Of a stretch of DNA of 64,000 nt, positions 63,072-64,000 are shown one piece after another. The notes under the pieces are model-generated. The model was not told the origin of the DNA. It saw nothing but the letters and a program-made list of their open reading frames with translations, and ran no database searches. Origin of the DNA: Octopus sinensis (Eukaryota); contig NC_042998.1 of NCBI RefSeq assembly GCF_006345805.1, forward strand, positions 186,992,001-187,056,000, read 5' to 3'. A program made the position numbers and the translations under genes. Within the stretch, counting starts at the first letter, position 1, and every line of letters begins with the position of its first letter.

Positions 63072-64000
63072 CACTGGTCAACAACTGTTTTTCATAAAGC
63101 ATATGTCAAGGTGTATTTAGTGTAGTTTTTAATACTGATTTCAAATATACAGTTAGTTTTTTGACATCACGTAGTTTTCGAGATGAGAAAGTTTTTTGGC
63201 TTTAGCTTTTGCATTATATAGAAATTTTAGTTAATGACGCTTATGCATGTATTTCATTTACATCATTGAAACATACCTTTAAAATAAACTACATTATTCA
63301 TTGCTGCATAGTTCAGATGCAATATTTCATCATCTTAAACTAACCAATTAAGTTTTGTTTGATGAAATAGGTGTTTCAACATCTCAAATTGTCCAGTCAT
63401 AATTGGCCTGATGAAATATTTCATCATCTGAGTATAAACGTTCGTATCTATTTCCTTACTTATTTTACAGTGTTAACAATGTCAAGACATTGTAGAAATC
63501 GTCCTGATGTGTTTTGTTTTGTCTGTGGACAATTTACTGTAAAAGTTCAAAAACGTACAATAACAGCAGAGATCAAGAACAAGTTATGGGTACCACATTT
63601 TATCTGCTCAGCTTGCTTAAATGACTTACGGGACCTGTTCAATAATAATAAGTCCATACCTTTTGCCATTCCAATTATATGGAGGGAGCCGAAAGACCAT
63701 TTTAATGACTGTTATTTTTGCAAAGTAAATGTCACAGGATTTTCTATGAAGAATAAATACAAAATTGTGTTTCCCAATTTGGATTCTGCAATGAGACCTG
63801 TGCCTCACAATGGAAGTGTGCTAGTACCAGTTCCACCAGATGATGGTATTGAAACATGAGATGATGATATTGACTGTCACGTTAGTGCTGCTGAGTAAGA
63901 TTACATGGCTGATGGCGATAGCTTTGAACTTCAGAAATTTTCCCAAGCTGAACAGAATGACCTTGTCAGAGACCTATCCCTCTCAAAAAATAAAGCAGAA
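63072..64000 (+). mobile_element. Chapaev-type (CMC superfamily) DNA transposon, 5' part, running off the window
   Basis: From ATG 63479: CRNRPDVFCFVCGQF...PHFICSAC...FAIPIIWREPKDHFNDCYFC...NDLVRDLSLSK; stops at 63857 and 63896; putative CAC left end at 63072. Confidence 0.8.

Overview
AT-rich, microsatellite-dense animal genomic DNA. The repeat content (tRNA-headed SINEs, RTE-tailed elements ending in (GAT)n, (TACA)n/(TA)n/(CA)n arrays) looks like octopus/cephalopod DNA, which is an inference from repeat style only. Most of the window is transposon-derived: degenerate RTE, CR1-like and R4/Dong-like LINE fragments, three Penelope-like (GIY-YIG) remnants, four SINE-like families (labelled A-D here), non-autonomous Helitrons, mariner/pogo/Merlin MITEs and a Chapaev-type transposase cut off by the window end. 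I could not name any host gene. The left half has a series of short segments with canonical splice sites on the minus strand, and one 103-nt exon (6042-6144) encodes a SAM-domain-like peptide, so this may be a micro-exon-rich gene (low to moderate confidence). The most notable signals are (1) hammerhead-ribozyme motifs in Penelope pseudo-LTRs, one with an expanded branched stem II present twice in inverted orientation; (2) a duplicated 22-nt micro-exon and its acceptor; (3) a 101-nt three-way-junction-like structure inside a cluster of bZIP-like half-sites near 34.8 kb; (4) long intronic fold-back hairpins; and (5) a VNTR-bearing RTE-tailed retroposon whose 10 copies are all on + and all left of 31.5 kb. 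Boundaries of degenerate repeats are approximate.
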